From the NCBI RefSeq assembly GCF_964213995.1, contig NC_135817.1, positions 53,258,001 through 53,322,000 of the forward strand: DNA of 64,000 nucleotides, written 5' to 3'. Positions 27,501 through 42,500 of the stretch are shown in pieces. The stretch comes from Mustelus asterias. Lineage: Eukaryota. Position 1 is the stretch's first letter, and the number at the start of each line of letters is the position of its first letter. The position numbers and the translations under genes are program-made. The notes beneath the pieces were generated by a model. It made no database searches, was not told the origin of the DNA, and worked only from the letters and a program-made list of their open reading frames with translations.

Positions 27501-30500
27501 AAGAGTCGCCTTGCCATTTTCCTTTGTGAGCTAAGGAGATCACTTGGTGTGGGAATCAGCCAATTGTGTTAGTAGTTTTCTGTATATCTTCTCCATATCC
27601 TCCACCAATATGCTTTCACCTATAACTCCTAAAATGTTGTACTCATCTGCTGAAGTTCCCATCATGACAGCTTCTGAAACAGTGAAACTTTGAGAACACC
27701 CCTGTCCAAGTGCAAACAGCTTTTTCATAATCCTTCTGTGTGAGAACCCACTGTTTGCTCTACTACTGCTTCATCTTAGTGATGGTGTGTAACATATATC
27801 ACCGTACACTTATTTCTGTGGTACTTCAGCTCCAGGAGTTCATGATGTACTGGCTGCTTCATTAGAGCTGCTTGGGATTATCGTAGCTCAGATCTTGGAC
27901 AGATGGAATCCAAAGTACTATTGCAGACTCCAACACAGCTTCCTGTTGTACTGATTGGTTCTGGCACATGTGCAGACATGTGGGAGAGTTGACATGCAAC
28001 TATTCTGAGAAACCAGTACTATGAATGTACACATTCAAATCATCCCTCTACTGTTGGAAAATGGTTCGTCATGCCACTGTGACAGCAAATTTAACAGCAC
28101 CAGAGGGAGCAGTAGAATTGTTTAATTGTTCAATCCAGCTGACCCCTCAGGTGGTCTCTTTAAACCAGGAGCTCACGATGTGATCTATAAATAGATGAAT
28201 TCTTCTATAAATGTAAATTATGGTAGGTATTTAAATATTCTTCCCAAGTGAAACAGTTAACAAATCACTGCTAGACCTTTGGATAAATCTGGAGCTATTA
28301 GATCTGATATTAGTTCTTCAGACCGGTTTATCTGCATTCCAACATTAGTTTTTTTTGAATTGGACGTAACTTGTGAACATATACGTATGTGCTGTTAATT
28401 ATTTATCTTGCTTTTAAACTATTTCATACAAAAATGTGAGCACGTTTTTCAAACATACTAGGTTAAAGCCATTAGCTATGATACATCTTCCGTTGCCATG
28501 GTTTATTAATTCCAAAGCTGTAATTGTAGTCTGGTGAGAGAGATTTTCCTTTTAACCTCAATTATCCTCATCATTGAACATTCCATTGTCTGTTTTGCTC
28601 ACTGAACTAGAATCGGTTGATGGAATGTTTTGTCTGTCCCAAGTGATTGCTAACATTCTCTACTGACAATCTTTTAAAGAGACATAGAATAGCATCATAG
28701 TTTATGGCATAGAAAGTAAACATTTGGCCCATCCTGTCTGCACCAGCCAAAAAATGAGCTAACAGCCCTCTATTTTCTGAATATGCTATGCTTGTTCATC
28801 CAGCATTTGCAGAACTGTTTCATCTCCTTTCCTTTCCATAGGTCAACCTTGCAGTCATATCTGAAGAGACACGAAGGCAAGGATTCCAAAGCCAATTCAC
28901 CACAGGATACTGATAATCCCTTTAACAGAGGTAAGAAATTATGTATTCCCCTCTCAGTATAGATAAATTCTGCATGTGCTATTCATTTGCAGTAAGAATA
29001 GAGAATGTGAGAGATGTACTCCAGATAGGTTGGAGTCAAAGGACCTGTCCTTGAAAATCAGCATAATTTTCCTTTTTGTCATGGATGCTGAACTTCACAA
29101 AATGGTTATGTTTTGAAATGTAACTTGAGCTCAAAGTGAGACAGAGAATTTCAATTAAGCACCTCAGCTTGGAGACATGCTCATGTGATCTGGTTGTTAT
29201 TGGGAGAGAATCTCGAATAGAACCCATTGAAGTTCTGGGTACCAGTTCTAACCCCCTTTCGTAGCATCTCGCAGAAAAAAGGACATCTGCTATTTGAGAT
29301 GCATGGAGGCGAAGAAGCCAAGGGGAAACAGATGGACTGTTTTCTGCTATCAACCCTAGCAGGATACTGTTGAGAGTTCTGTTTCTGTTCAGAAGAAAGG
29401 AAACAGATGGCACTCTTGAAGGTTAAAGGAACGAGAGTCGGTGTAACTTGCTGGTGTTAATCAATATCTGGAAGAACTCTAGCTGAGTGAAACAATTGTC
29501 ACAGGACACTGAAAGATTTGACCTGTTGTGAGGAGAGATGGGACTCCATTTTCCAGTGTGGTTTCCTCTTTCCAAAGGGAATATGTGCAGTCATTGAACA
29601 TGGGCGGCACGGTAGCACAGTGGTTAGCACTGCTGCTTCACAGCTCCAGGGACCTGGGTTCGATTCCCAGCTTGGGTCACTGTCTGTGTGGAGTTTGCAT
29701 GTTCTCCTCGTGTCTGCGTGGGTTTCCTCCGGGTGCTCCGGTTTCCTCCCACAGTCCAAAGTTGTGCGGGTTAGGTTGATTGGCCATGCTAAAATTGCCC
29801 CTTAGTGTCCTGGGGTGTGTAGATTAGAGGGATTAGCGGGTAAAATATGTAGGGATATGGGGGTAGGGCCTGGGTGGGATTGTGGTCGGTGCAGACTCGA
29901 TGGGCCGAATGGCCTCTTTCTGTACTGTAGGGTTTCTATGGTTTCTATGATTTCTATGATGTTCTTAATAAGCAAAAGCACAATAGCTCTCTGATACGTT
30001 CACCATGGCAACATCATGACCAAACAGAGCTAACTTGCCAACCACTCAGCACTCACACAGTATAAATTGTTGTTTCATTGAAATTTGGCATTCTTGCATC
30101 TGTCCTGATGACTGCTAAATGAAAATATTCGACCACATATCTCTCTCTTCAGCAACTCTCTTCATCCCATAATAACATGATGTTGAGATCAACTATAATG
30201 GGACAACTTGAGAACGCTTTGAGATTAGCAGCATTGACACGATCTGGCGTATCCTTCTCTTTGCTGCTGTTATATTTTTTCAGGTAATCTACAGAGGGTA
30301 ACTGTTTACATATCAAAACTGATGGAAAGCTGTTCAATCTTGGTCGCCTGATATCCAAAGATAAAGGTGTGCCAAGTCCTCGTCAGAGAGTTCCTCTATA
30401 TTGGTAATGTCGCACTAACATTCTATACAGAGAAACATCTTCATCAGCAAATACACAGATTCTCTAATGCCTGGAAAGGAGTTTAGTTTCGCCATCAACG

Positions 30501-33500
30501 TCAGGAAAAGAAATGCCATCTGGGATGTTGCCATACCACCATCTATCAGCACACTCGCTGTGACACTGGATATTGTTGATAGAATCACATAGCTAGGCTT
30601 CACAGTCACCAGCAATCTGTCACTTGATACTAGATTCAACAAACTCATTGCAAAAGCTGCAGCTGTACAAGATGAGCAATTGTGAAAAATAGCAATCTTA
30701 CTGAGAACATGAAACAGTGGGTCTACTAAGACTGCATCCTCAGTGCACTCCTCTACAGTGGTGAGACCTGGACAACATATACAAGGCTGGAGGAAAGGGT
30801 GAATATTTTCAGTCTTTGCTGTCTGAAACATATCTTCAGCATCTTTTGGTAGGACAAAATCACCAACTCAGTCCAGGAGCATGCTAATTCCATCAACATA
30901 TACTCGTATTATGACATCTGTGCTGACTCTGCCATGTTTATTGGATGGATGAAGACCCTACACTCGGATCCTCTATACTGAATTGGCTACTGGGCCACGA
31001 CCTTCAGGGTGCCCATACTTCTGCTAGGACACCTGTAAGTGAGATATGAAGATGGCAGACAGTTTCTCTGACAACTGAGAGACCATTACTGATGACTGTG
31101 ACCTCTGGGGGTTGACAGTTTGGCAGGGCATTGGAAGAAGTGAGCAGAAATGCATAGCTCAGCTTCCTGAGGCAAAAGGCCCAGAGAAAACAATGGCCAG
31201 CAAATTGTGCAATTTTCAACCAAGGTGTCCCATTGCAGCAAATGCAATAGAGACTGCCATACCAGAGTGGAGCTCCTGAGCCGCACCAGGTGATGCTTTG
31301 ACCACCATAGCCCCAAATCATTGTCTTTTGAGACAGAAGGCTGCCACTGATGTGGAAATAGTCATGTAACCATTAGTTGCTGCTAAAGCAGGTCAGACAA
31401 GAAAGGGTGCACCAACATGGGCCTGCCCTCTGCATGTAAAGTTAAAATGTAGATGTTGATTTTGATGCTTGAAGCTTTTTAATCTTTGTTGTTATCTTTA
31501 TTCGTTTTGCCGAACATTCATGTTCTGAAGTATGCCACAAACAATGACTCTTTAGATATTTAAACTCCAGGTTTATTCTGTAGTTTATTTTAATTCATAA
31601 TTAAAACGTTTTGTATGTATGCCAGTGTAAAAATCTATCTATTTAAAAGAAATCAAGATCTATTTGCATTTTGTTTTCTGATTTCATTAGTAGCTCGAGA
31701 GTTTGGTGCTGAGTCTGTAAATGGTGGACCTTCCTCTGCCCAGAAGATTTCTCACACATCGAGCACAGTCCACATCTTATCCATGCTGCTCAGGCTTCGA
31801 CAGTGCTGCTGTCACCTTTCTCTGCTGAAGACGGTAAGGAATAATTGTCCCGACATGCGGTAAGAACCACATACAATACAAAAATATGTTCAAGTGAACA
31901 AAAACCACCTTTTCTTTAAAATTACAAATATGCACAATGCAAACATTCCCGAGATTAGACTGCAAACTTTGTGAATGTGTTGCAAGCTGAAAAATCCTAA
32001 GAAAAGTTTTACATTTACTTCATGGTACTTGGAGAACTCTAGTGGAAAATGTGAATATTATCCCACGCTGTAATTGTGTCATCCTTTATGTGACATACTG
32101 CTGAAGACCAGATTCCACACCACCTTGATGCAATGAACATTCTTTTTATGGTGACAATAGGATGGTTGAATCATAGAATCCCTACAGTGCAGAAGAGGCC
32201 ATTCAGCCCATCGGGTCTGCACCAACTCTTGACAGAGTATCTTAACCAGGCCCTTTTCCCTTCCCGATCCTCGTAACCCCACACATTTTCCATGGCCAAT
32301 CCACTTAACGTGTACAGCTTTGGACTGTGGTAGGAAAACCCACACAAACAAAGGGAGAAAGTGCAAACCTCCATACAGTCACCCAAGGCCAGAATTGAAC
32401 CCATGTCCCTGGAGCTGTGAGGCAGCAATGCTCAACATTGTGCCACCCTTGTGGTTGAGAACAGGAAATTAAAATCGACCTGTCTTCGGCCAACATTCAG
32501 GTTTACCTAGCATGTGGGGGGGAAAAAAAACCCACAAAAGCCAAAGCAGGCGGTAAAGGTAATTTGATTAATCTAGCTTGCCTCTTCCACAAAAGAAATC
32601 TGCAGCTGCACTGACCAATTTATTTTGGTTATGTTTCTATTTTTTTAAGTGACTTTTGTCTTGAATTACAGGCTCTGAGTCAAACTGAGATGGAATCTGA
32701 GGGCATTACCCTCTCACTGGAGGAGCAGCTGAACGCATTATCATTGTCAGAGGTCACAACCTCTGACACAGAGCCAACTGTAACCCTGAATGGCACCAGC
32801 TTCAAAGCGCACCTGTTTGAGAGAACCAGAAAAAGCACTAAGGTATGTTCAGATGGTGGAACATAAAATTGTGAACTTATTTTATTCCCAATGGAATTTT
32901 AATGTAATGTACAATCTTTAAGAACATTGTGCTGTGCCTGTGAGCCTCGAGTATTTTCACAGAAAGACATTTGAAACTTTACACTTTTACAAAACATTTT
33001 GGAATGTTTTCCACATTAATTGCAAGTTGCTGTGTCACCAAATTCTCAATGTCCCAAAGTGCCACAGTTTTCTGTTACGCAGAGGATAATGGCAGCCTAA
33101 TTTGTCCACTGCAGCTCCCCTCCGAATGAAATGACTGACCAGGTAATTTATTTTTTATTATGCTGGTAGAGAAGGAGATATTGGATCAGATAACTGAGGA
33201 TATTCACTGCTCTTTGAATAATGTGAGGCCTCAAATCCACTCAATATTGCATAAGAACTCATGTAGCCCATTTTAATATTAAGTACCAATTACATATATA
33301 ATGAACGATCAATCAATCTAAATTAAGATTTAAATATTGGGAAAAATACTGTTAAACTTGGCCTAACTTCGCAAAAGCATAACTTGTATTTCTATAAGAA
33401 TATTAGAACTAGGAGTAGGCCATCTGGCCCCCGGAGCCTGCCCTGCCATTCAGTAAGATCATAGTTGATCTTTTCGTGGACTCAGCTCCACCTACCTGCC

Positions 33501-36500
33501 CACAGACTATAACCCTTAATTCTTTTACTGTTTAAAATATTTATCTATCCTTGCCTTAAAAACATTCAGTGAGGTAGCCTCAACTGCTTCACTGGGCAGG
33601 GAATTCCACAAATTCACAACCGTTTGGGTGAAGAAATTCAACCTGTAACTTAATGTAGAAAACATTCCAAAGTTAAGCAAAAATCAGCCCTAAGCCAAAG
33701 AGAGCTTGGGTGTGATCAATATCTTGATTTTAAAAAGTGAGTTATTAGGTGAAGAGGCAGAGATAGCTCTAGAACATGGTATGAGGCAGCTGAAGGAACA
33801 ATAGGATGAAGGGAAGTGGAATACATAAGAGTTTGGAATCCAAGGAATGTGGAATTATATGGCTGAGGAGCAAATTTAAATAGATTTAAATTCAGAGGTG
33901 GATAAGAATTTTAAATGCGAGATGTTGATTGACTGGGTGCCTGTGTAGGTCATTGAGGATTCTGATGGGCTAGCTGGGTATCATATGGGACAGGATGTAG
34001 TTATTGGTGTTTAGAATGAGCTGAATTTCCTGGAGGGTGGACAAGAAAGCATCAGGGTAATTGAGTGTCGAGGTGGCAAAGACTTGTATGAGGGGTCAGG
34101 CAAAGGATGAGCTGAGGTTGGGTTGGAGGTGAGAGTAAATTATCTTTGCATTGGGGAAAAGAAAAGGGGGAGAAATTCAGCTCGGAGTCAAACACGCACT
34201 GTGGAGATTGTTGTTTGCTTCTGCCTGACGTGGCAAGGGGAGGAAGTTGGTGGCAATGGTATGAAGTTCGTGACGGGTACAGGAGATTTTGGCTGATCCA
34301 AAAGTAGAAGTAGTGAAACATCATGAGCTAATGGGTGTAGGGCATACGTATGGAATGTGAAGTTGCTAACTATGGACCACAAACGTAGTGATTAAATAAT
34401 GTTTTTCATCAGTTCTCTTCTTTATATTCCATTCATTTTGTCGCCAGATTTCTGCGCTCTTACAGGAATTAAAAGAAATAAGAAGTAGCCCAGAACCACA
34501 AAAATGGTACGTTTCTAAGAAGGATTCATGTTTTAGGAAATCATTTAGATGATGGGAAGATGTTTTCTCAGTCGTAAATAAAAGCTATACATCTTTATAT
34601 TTTTCTGTAAAGCACCATGGCTGTGGAAATATTACTGTGCTGAAAGTGCAGACTAATTAATATTGCTTGCTGGTGCCTAGGCAAGCTGAACCATTTGAAC
34701 AACTGCTGGTGATTCATGTGCAAAGCCAGTGACCGTGCTGTCCCAATTGTCAGTAATATCTCTGCAAGAGAATATGCTAAAGACAGCCAGAAAGGAACAA
34801 AAAAAGACACAAAATGTTGGTATGGATCTTGAGGCCACCCTCTTCAGTAAGGGATATGAAACTGCTGAGTCTCAATGAAATGGAGAAAACGTTTGGCTTG
34901 TTATCTGGCAAGGTGCCAATTCTCTTGCCCCCAGCCAGAACTGCAGAACAGCGTTTCAAGAAATTTAGTAGCCTGATGAGGACTGGCATGATATCATACT
35001 GCCTGCTCTTTTATTCCTTGTTTGGGCACAGTTTTTAGATGCAACCTTCTACATGTTCCACCTCTTTAAACCCATAGCTCTTATGCTAACCTATTCTTAG
35101 CTCATACCCTTGTTTCCTGTAGATCCAGTGCAGCAATAGGAATTGATGGTGGAGAACAAAAAGAAGGGAACTCACCTTATGAACTATGCTGAGGGGGATA
35201 ATAAAGCTCTGCAGAAAATCACATGCCATCTGACATATTCATGGCCAGTGTCACAGATTTCCTCATGCCTTCCTGAAGTGACTGGCTGAGTGTGTTGAGA
35301 TTGGATGTGACCTCCATAGACCGAGCAAACAGGTTTTTTATGCAACTTTGCTGTTGCCCCTTTGGTGACATGTCTCCTTCAGTATTGTACACACCCTCTC
35401 ATTAATGTCATTTATAGGATTTCTTTTACGTGTATATTCTTGGTGGGGAGCCGAAGGTTGTGGGATGCTGTCTGACTCTTTCCCTCCACCCTCTCTTCCT
35501 CTTCATAATGATTTGATTTCGGGAATGACATATCTGCTCCTGAAAAGCCCTACCTGGGGTGGGAAACAGGCAAAATATAGTGGTCCTGTGTTCCCACAGT
35601 CTGGAGCAAGGTTCAAAGCAGGAAAATAAATCACTCCTAAATAAGTTTTAAAACTGCAGTAATCGTTAGTCATAAATATTAACTGCCCTCAGGCTGAAGA
35701 GCTGGTCATTTTCACCAGTGCCTCCTGGTACTAGCAGCATCTGTACTTTTTAAAAAATTTGTTTTTAAGATTTATGTGGTGCTAACAAGGCCACTTTATT
35801 ACTTGTACCTGAGAAAGTGGTGGTGGGCCTTTTGGAACACTGGTGTACAGTCCTTATGGCAGAGCTGTTCCCACAGTGTTAAGGAGGGAGTTCCAGGATG
35901 TTGACAGAGTGACGACGAGGGTGAATTTGCACAAGGCAGTGCACGCTTTCTCTGTGAGAACAATATGGGAATGGTGAGAGTTCACTGTGGATGAGTGAAA
36001 TCTTGGGGCCATGAATCATGATCATATCTAGAACTGCGTTCACACGGGTAAAAAAACTTCATGATAGAGGGATTCACAAATGACGGGAGTTTACTGTAAA
36101 TCCAAGTCAGCATGGCGTATCTATTGGAAGAGCATTTTGGCTCTCGTCCTCAATAGGAGAGAATATTGTTGAAGTAACTTTTGAGTTAGTGCAGCACACA
36201 TCCTATAGATTATGTTTACTGTATTGTGTTGGTAGTGAAAGGGTTTGATATTAAATACAGCAGTTGGGACAACGATAAAATTAACTGCTTTAGTTTGGAT
36301 CATCTTGAGCACCTTGCAGTTGTTGCCACATTAATACAGAGAAGAGATGAGTATTTTATCAAATTCTGACATGAGCTTTGTAAAGGGCGAGTTAAGAGGG
36401 TACATTACACATCACAGCAAATTGACTTATGTTTTTTTGCTTGCATTATATGCGTGACTATAATTCAAAGCTAATTCATTGGCTGTAAAGTACTTTGAGA

Positions 36501-39500
36501 CATCTTGATATGAATAGTATCATATAAACTGCTTTTTCCTCACTCAAATTAACTCAGCAGTGTTTTCCATGTTAGCCATTCTGACTACAGCGGGGTCTGA
36601 ATTAGACCGCTGTGTATGTAACTATAACCATGCACACTCTTTTTTTATATTCCCAGTTTGATGAGGCCATATAAACCATTTTGTTCCATATAACTATTAC
36701 TGTTCATTTCTCTTAGTGTAATAATTTCGCAGTGGACCAGCATGCTGCATGTGGTGGCAGGCCACTTGGATCGAATGAGCCTAAGCTACGTTACACTGGA
36801 TGGCTCTGTAACTCCTAAACATCGCATGGACTTGGTGGAGGAATTTAACACAAACCCTAAAGGACCTCAGGTACCAGTTGGCTACTGTTTGGAATTTACT
36901 TGTGAGGAAAGAATCACAGATCCAGAATGTTAATTTATTTTCTTTACAATTCTCTTTCCTGAAGACACTGATAGGTGATAACTTGGTTGTTGACATCCCT
37001 CTAATACCTTAAGATTGGTCAACTTAAGTTCAGAAGAGTGAGGGTTAGGCTTGGTTTGACTTTTTGTTCCTTTATCATCTGGCAAATAACTCTAAATGCT
37101 CACAGTATTACCTTGTATATTAAGAATGGATGCTTGACTGAGATATGACAATACTGCTGGAACCCATAGCCCAACCCCCACTTTGAGAGATGGAAAGAAA
37201 ACTGGACAAAATATAATTACATTTTACACAGTGGTTTGCAAGCAATGGTGTATTTATCAGGAACTTCAACAATGAGGCACATTTTTATTAAAAATACGAT
37301 AAAAGTTCAGTCTGATAACATTGGGAATTCTGCTCCGATAGTCAAATATATACCTGGTTCATTCAATGTTTAAGTACAAGTATCCTTCATTCAAACCTGA
37401 GTTATCAATAATATGTCATTTCTATCTTGGGAATGTTTCCGTTCTAAACTCACTCTCTCTCACCGCAGGTCATATTGGTTTCTTTGTGTGCTGGGGGTGT
37501 GGGTTTGAACCTCATTGGTGGCAACCACCTCTTCCTATTGGATATGCACTGGTAAGATAATCTGTACTGTAGATAATTACAGACAATATTAAAATGTGGT
37601 CATGAAAGAACATGTATGCCTTGCTGCTTTGTGCAAAAAGATAGTTTTACACTGTGACTTTTTTAAAAAACCAACTGATTTCAAAATTTTAGTTATCAAT
37701 TTATTACTTCCTATGAACACCAGCACACTCCAAATTTATAGTTGGCAATAATGTCATTAGATATAAATAATCATTGGATCTAAATGACCAGATATTTGGG
37801 TGTCTCGCTTCAATCCCATTAGCATCATCCATCAATGTTTTTCTTTACCATATGCTTTTTAGAGATGGGATTTAAGAAGTGATCTTTTGCCTTGTTTATT
37901 TTGTTCTTCAATTATTAAGAATGTTTTTTTAATTTTACTTGTGCAATTAGCTTTCACCTTTTCTTCAAATTCCTGTCTTTTTTCACATTCCACTTCATAG
38001 AATCCTACAGTGCAGAAGGAAGCCATTTGGCCCATCGAGTCTGCACCGACCACAATCCCACACAGGCCCTATCCCCATAACCCCATACATTTACCCTAGC
38101 TAATCCCCCTGACACCAAGGGATAATTTAGCATGGCCAATCCACCTAACCTGCACTCTTTGGAGCTTTCAATCACTGCCTCTTTAGATTTGAAGGTGCAA
38201 GCTCCAGGCCTCAATCAAGGTTGCCCTAATCACAAAATAATCCTTCATTGGCTCTCTTAGGTTTATTTGAAATGTTTTTTCCTCACTTGGTGGTGAAAGC
38301 ATCTGAGTGCTCACCCCACCTCCCCCCTCCAGCTCCTTCTCCCATTGTTCAGCTAAGATTGGGGAGTTCTGTCAATGAACTAGGACTACTTACCAGGAAA
38401 CCTTTAACCAATTTCAGATAATCACCTTGAGACACCAATTTCAATATTTTTGTGTGTTGATTTTGTGAAAATGATTCATGAAAATGCTAATGGAATGTCC
38501 TAAAGTGTTTTATGCATGTTTTTAATCAAATTTTGTTTCATTTTATATGTCCTATGCACCTGCATGATGTCTTTGGCAGGAGGTCTTCACAAATTGGTTA
38601 TTTTGTCAAAAATATTTTGATAAATCTAAAACTGATATAGTATTGAAATTAATGGAGTCACTAGAATATGTTGATTATTGAATTCCTCAACTAAATGACT
38701 TTTTGTACCCAAGATAGTTCAAATTTGTATGAATACCTCATCTGTTTTCAGGAATCCAGCATTGGAGGAGCAGGCATCAGATCGAATTTATCGTGTGGGG
38801 CAACACAAGAATGTAACTGTGCACAGGTAACTGCGAAGGCATTAAACCAAAAATCGCAACCGTGTCAAAGACTGTCGCAAAATCCTTCCAAATCTGTCTG
38901 CTTACATATCACAACAACTTCATGAATAGGTCATTAACATATAACAGCGGTTTCAATGGAGAAGGTCCTGATTATATCAGGTTAATTTAATTTTAATCAA
39001 AAGGTTCTCTGGTTCAGGAGTCATTTACGACTTGAAGGTGGTGGTGAGAGGAAAGATCCTGATTATGATTTCCAGTAGATTTTGCTCCAATGATAAAGTT
39101 CTCTGGAATTCACATTTGCAAGGAATGTGGGGGCACATTCAGTCACAATGGCTCCAAATCCATAGGCTTCCCCCCCTCCTCCCCCACAGTTATACAGTTT
39201 GTAGACACATACTTGTGTGGTCTGATGTCTTCATTAGCTGTGTCTTGACTTGTCTATTGAAAAGGCACTCTGTTTTCATCCATGCTTTCAATGTCCTGTG
39301 GAGTGCTAGGAAGCAGAGTTTGGCTAATTTCTGAAAATGTCCATCACAGTCTTTTCCTGAGTACCTTTTGTTTTTGCTTTTAAATATAGGATGCTTTTAA
39401 GTTGAATGCATTTTTGTTGAAGGACTGGCTACAGTATTCAAAAACTGATGTGGGTGCCATTGCAAATGAAAGTAAGGAGATGGCAATCAAGGAAGTGATT

Positions 39501-42500
39501 AATATGCCTGATATTCCCGAGAAACTCTGCGAATCAAGAGCTGGAACTTACTAAGTTACCATAAGCAAGGAAACACTACCAGCAGGAGTAATGCGATTAA
39601 AGACTGACAAATCCCCAGGACCTAATGATTTCCACCCCTTTTTTTAAAAAAGAACTGAGAAAATTGCTGATGCTTTAGCCATAATTTTTCAAAAGATCTT
39701 TCAATTCTGCAGTTTTTAGATTGAAAAATTGCAAATGTAACTCCAATATTTAAAGAGGAAGTAACTATAGCAGTAACTTTGGGGAGGAGGGATCTAGCTT
39801 AAGAACATAAGAAATAGGAGCAGGAGTAGGCCATCTAGCCCCTCGAGCCTGCCCCGCCATTCAATGAGATCATGGCTGATCTGATAGTGGTTTAGTTCCA
39901 CTTACCCGTCCGCTCCCCATAACCCTTAATTCCCTTATTGATCAGAAATCTATCTACCTGTGACTTAAACATATTTAACGAGGTAGCCTCCACTGCTTCA
40001 ATGGGCAGAGAATTCCAGAGATTCAGTACCCTCAGAGAAGAAGTTCCCCCTCAACTCTGTCCTAAACTGCGGATAGTTGGGAACCTGTCTCGGGGGCAGG
40101 GAATTCATATGGTGTTCGTGGAAGTGGAAATGAATAGGGTTGGGAAGCATTTTCCGATCAGGGCCAGTGTGATCTCCTGGACTCGTTTCGATCGCCTCAT
40201 TTCTTTCAGTACCCTGGGATGCATTCCATCCGAGCCCGAGGACTTGTCTACCTTTAGTCCCATTAGCCTACCAAGCACTACCTCTTAAGTAATAGTAATC
40301 GTTTTAAGGACCTCACCCCCTACAGTCCCATGACCATCAATTTTCGGTAAGCTATTTGTGTCCTCTACCGTGAAGACTGACACAAAAAACTTGTTTAAGG
40401 CCTCTGTCATTTCCCATTATTAAATCTTCCTTCTCGTCATCTAAGGGTCCAACATTTACTTTAGCTACTCTTTTCCTTTTTATACATTTGTAAAAACTTT
40501 TACTATCAGTGTTTATATTTTGTGCTAGTTTAGTTTCATAATCTATCTTTCCTTTCTTTATCGCTTTCTTAGTAGTTCTTTGTTGTTTTTTAAAGCTTTC
40601 CCAATCTTCTAATTCCCCACTAGTTTTGGCCACTCTGTACGCATTGGTTTTTAATTTAATACTCTCCTTTATTTCCTTAGTTATCCACGGCTGGTTATCC
40701 CTTTTCTTGCATTCCTTTTTTATCACAGGAATATATTTTTGCTGAGTACTGAGAAAAATCTCCTTAAAAATCCGCCACTGTTGCTCAGCTGTCCTACCAA
40801 CTAGTCTGCGCTCCCAGTCTACATTAGCCAATTCTGCCCTCATCCTATTGTACTCCCCTCTGTTCAAGCAGAGGACACTGGTTTGGGACCCTACTTTCTC
40901 TCCCTCCATTTGTATTAGAAAGTCAACCATATTGTGATCACTCATTCCAAGAGGATCCGTCACAAGAAGATCATTAATTTTACCTGTCTCATTACACAGG
41001 ACCAGACCCAAGATAGCTTGCTCCCTCGTAGGTTCTGTAACATACTGTTCGAGGAAACTATCCCGACAGCATTCTAAGAACTCTTCCTCAAGTCCACCGT
41101 GTCCGACTTGAGTCAACCAATCAATATGCAGGTTAAAATCCCCCATGATTATTGCTGTTCCGTTTTTGCACACATCCATTATTTGCTTGGTTATAGCCCG
41201 ACCCACCTCAAAGTTATTATTTCCAGAAAATGTTCTACAATGTTCCATTTATGAGAAATGTGGAATTGAAGGGAGATTATTGGCTTGGCTGGAGATTAGT
41301 TAGTTAGGCAGTGGAAAATGGATGTGCTCTCAAATTGGAGGGAATAAGCAGTGCTGTCCTACAAGTATCTGTTCTGGGGCCACAACCATTCATTATATTT
41401 GTTAATAATTTAGATATATGGTGTTCGATTGTGTTATCCAAGTTTGTCAGTGATATTGTCAGTAGTGTAGACAAAAACATAATCTACAAGCAACCTTGTG
41501 AGTGTGCTAAATTGTGGCATATGGATTCAAATCAGACAAATGTATGGTTGTCCATTTCAGACAAAAAATGGATGGATATGTGGTTTTTTTTTAAAGTAGT
41601 GAAAATCTAGGAATATTTGAGGTCCAAAGAGACCAGGGGGGTTCATGTACTCAGATGGCTAAAATGTTACAGTAAAGTACAAAAAAAAAATTAGTCCTTG
41701 TATTTAAAGGGCTAGAATATAGGGGCAGTAAGTTTTGCCACATCTGTTTAAAAAGCCTTAGTCGGACCACCTCAAGAATATGGTGTACAGTTCAGGGCAG
41801 CACATCTTAGGCCTTGGAAGGAGTACAATACAGTTTACTGGAGTGTTGCTAGGGATCAAAGTGTTAAATTGAGTGACTGTATACACTAGACTTGTATTCC
41901 TGGAAAATGATTGAGACAATTTGAGCTGAAGCTTTTAGAATTTTGAAAATGTTTGAAAGGGTAATGAAAAGAAATGTATTCAGCTGGCTGGAGAATCTAG
42001 GACAAGGGGAAGTAACTTTAAAATCAAAACCGGAGCTTACACGAGACAATTTAGGAAATGCATCATTACACAAAGGATGGTAGAATCATTGGATTCTCTC
42101 TCACAAAGCAGTCAGTGCTAGCACATCTGAGATCAATAGATTTTTGCAGGCCAAGGCAAATAATAGAGTAGGACCTAGACCAGCTATGATCTCATTGCGT
42201 GGTGTAATATGCTCAAAGAGCCGGATAACTTGCTACTGTTCCTTAGCCAATCATTCTCTTTGAAAATTAGAACACTAACTACATCACTTGGTTCAGTTTG
42301 TGCCACAGTCAGAAATTACATTAATACCAGCGTTCTTGGTATTTTTGCATTCATATAGAGAAAAATGTCTACACCAGCTTCTTGTGCCTTGTTAAAAAGA
42401 ACAGACTGTTTGTTCCATGTCTGTTTGGTAATCTGCTGCCTTTTCTGGGTCAGTGTGTCCTTGAATCAATTTTACACCAGTTTCAGGTGCATCTTGACCA

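Noticed and set aside
40066-40210. GAAAC-GAGTC motif resembling a hammerhead 3' half
   Set aside because: No properly spaced CUGANGA box; it is a fragment of another repeat inside the CR1 copy
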